DNA of 32,000 bases. It comes from Cylindrospermopsis raciborskii Cr2010. Its GTDB lineage: Bacteria; Cyanobacteriota; Cyanobacteriia; Cyanobacteriales; Nostocaceae. The translations under genes and the position numbers were made by a program. The notes below the pieces were generated by a model. The model was not told where the DNA came from. It worked only from the letters and a program-made list of their open reading frames with translations, and did no database searches. The stretch covers positions 1,740,001 to 1,772,000 of the forward strand of contig NZ_CP065936.1 of assembly GCF_003367075.2 (NCBI RefSeq), read 5' to 3'. Each line of letters opens with the position of its first letter. Position 1 is the stretch's first letter. Shown here in pieces: positions 31,472 to 32,000 of this stretch.

Positions 31472-31993
31472 TTAACCAATTAAACCTTGGATAATTCCAG
31501 AGTTCAGGGTCAAAAAGAAAGCAACTACAGCACCACCAATACCACCAATTAAGAACGCACTGGTGAAGTTATTCCAACTTTCTTTGGAGTTAAATGCGTC
31601 TCCTGGAACTTTGGTCACAGTTACACTCGCTAGCGCTGGAGCAGGATTGCTATTAGCATACAGAGACAGACATGCGGTAAGAATGATAACTAAACCCACA
31701 CTGCCCAATAATCCAGCTAAATTGGCATTGGCAGAATCACGTAGGGGACCTAACTTATCAAAAGGCCCAAAGAGTAAGTAGCCATGTGCCATACCCACTT
31801 CCAGTCCTCGTCTAAAAGGAGTTAAGCCAGGTCTATAAGCAGGTAAGTTGCCAATAAACCACTTAACCAAAGGGGATGAGTTAATTGGGGTTTCCAAATT
31901 TCCATCCTGGGGATTACCACCAGCTGCTCTTACAGTTTGCTGATTTCTGGGATCACTGGGGAGATTTTTAGATTTATTTGCTGCTTGTGCCAT
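31472..31993 (-). CDS. psaL: Photosystem I reaction center subunit XI
   Basis: TPINSSPLVKWFIGNLPAYRPGLTPFRRGLEVGMAHGYLLFGPFDKLGPLRDS...AGLLGSVGLVIILTACLSLY. Confidence 0.98.
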   Translation of the reverse strand: MAQAANKSKNLPSDPRNQQTVRAAGGNPQDGNLETPINSSPLVKWFIGNLPAYRPGLTPFRRGLEVGMAHGYLLFGPFDKLGPLRDSANANLAGLLGSVGLVIILTACLSLYANSNPAPALASVTVTKVPGDAFNSKESWNNFTSAFLIGGIGGAVVAFFLTLNSGIIQGLIG

Positions 31994-32000
31994 GTTTTGT

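Noticed and set aside
1-32000. CRISPR array, toxin-antitoxin, restriction or other defence system
   Set aside because: No regularly spaced direct repeats, cas genes, small paired ORFs or nuclease/methylase motifs were seen; no tRNA or rRNA genes were recognised either.

Overview
This looks like a 32 kb chromosomal window from a filamentous cyanobacterium (inferred from psaL, HIP1 octamers and the str operon layout; probably Nostocales). Three blocks are visible. (1) ~0.2-2.4 kb: housekeeping genes (DUF1815-like protein, YbgC-type thioesterase, dxr). (2) ~2.8-15.8 kb: an accessory-like cluster of polyprenyl-phosphate-dependent membrane glycosyltransferases. It holds two PIG-V-like paralogs, one novel GT-C-like protein, three ArnT/PMT (GT39)-like proteins (one fused to a TPR tail), a DPM1/GtrB/ArnC-like GT2, a 4-TM EamA/SMR-like small transporter and a CE4 polysaccharide deacetylase. 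(3) ~15.8-32 kb: Fd-type glutamate synthase, AMIN/phosphodiester glycosidase, cupin, IscA-like protein, the str operon rpsL-rpsG-fusA-tuf-rpsJ, an intact IS1-family element (28686-29441, 25-bp IRs, perfect 8-bp TSD) in the T-tract of the rpsJ terminator, LON-domain protein, remA-gmk and psaL. The most notable observations are the glycosyltransferase cluster as a candidate undescribed glycan/glycolipid system, and a pair of reciprocal scars around the GT39 gene at 8775-10445. There, the junction between genes 10622-13162 and 7003-8610 is present twice, each time with a different partner gene truncated.
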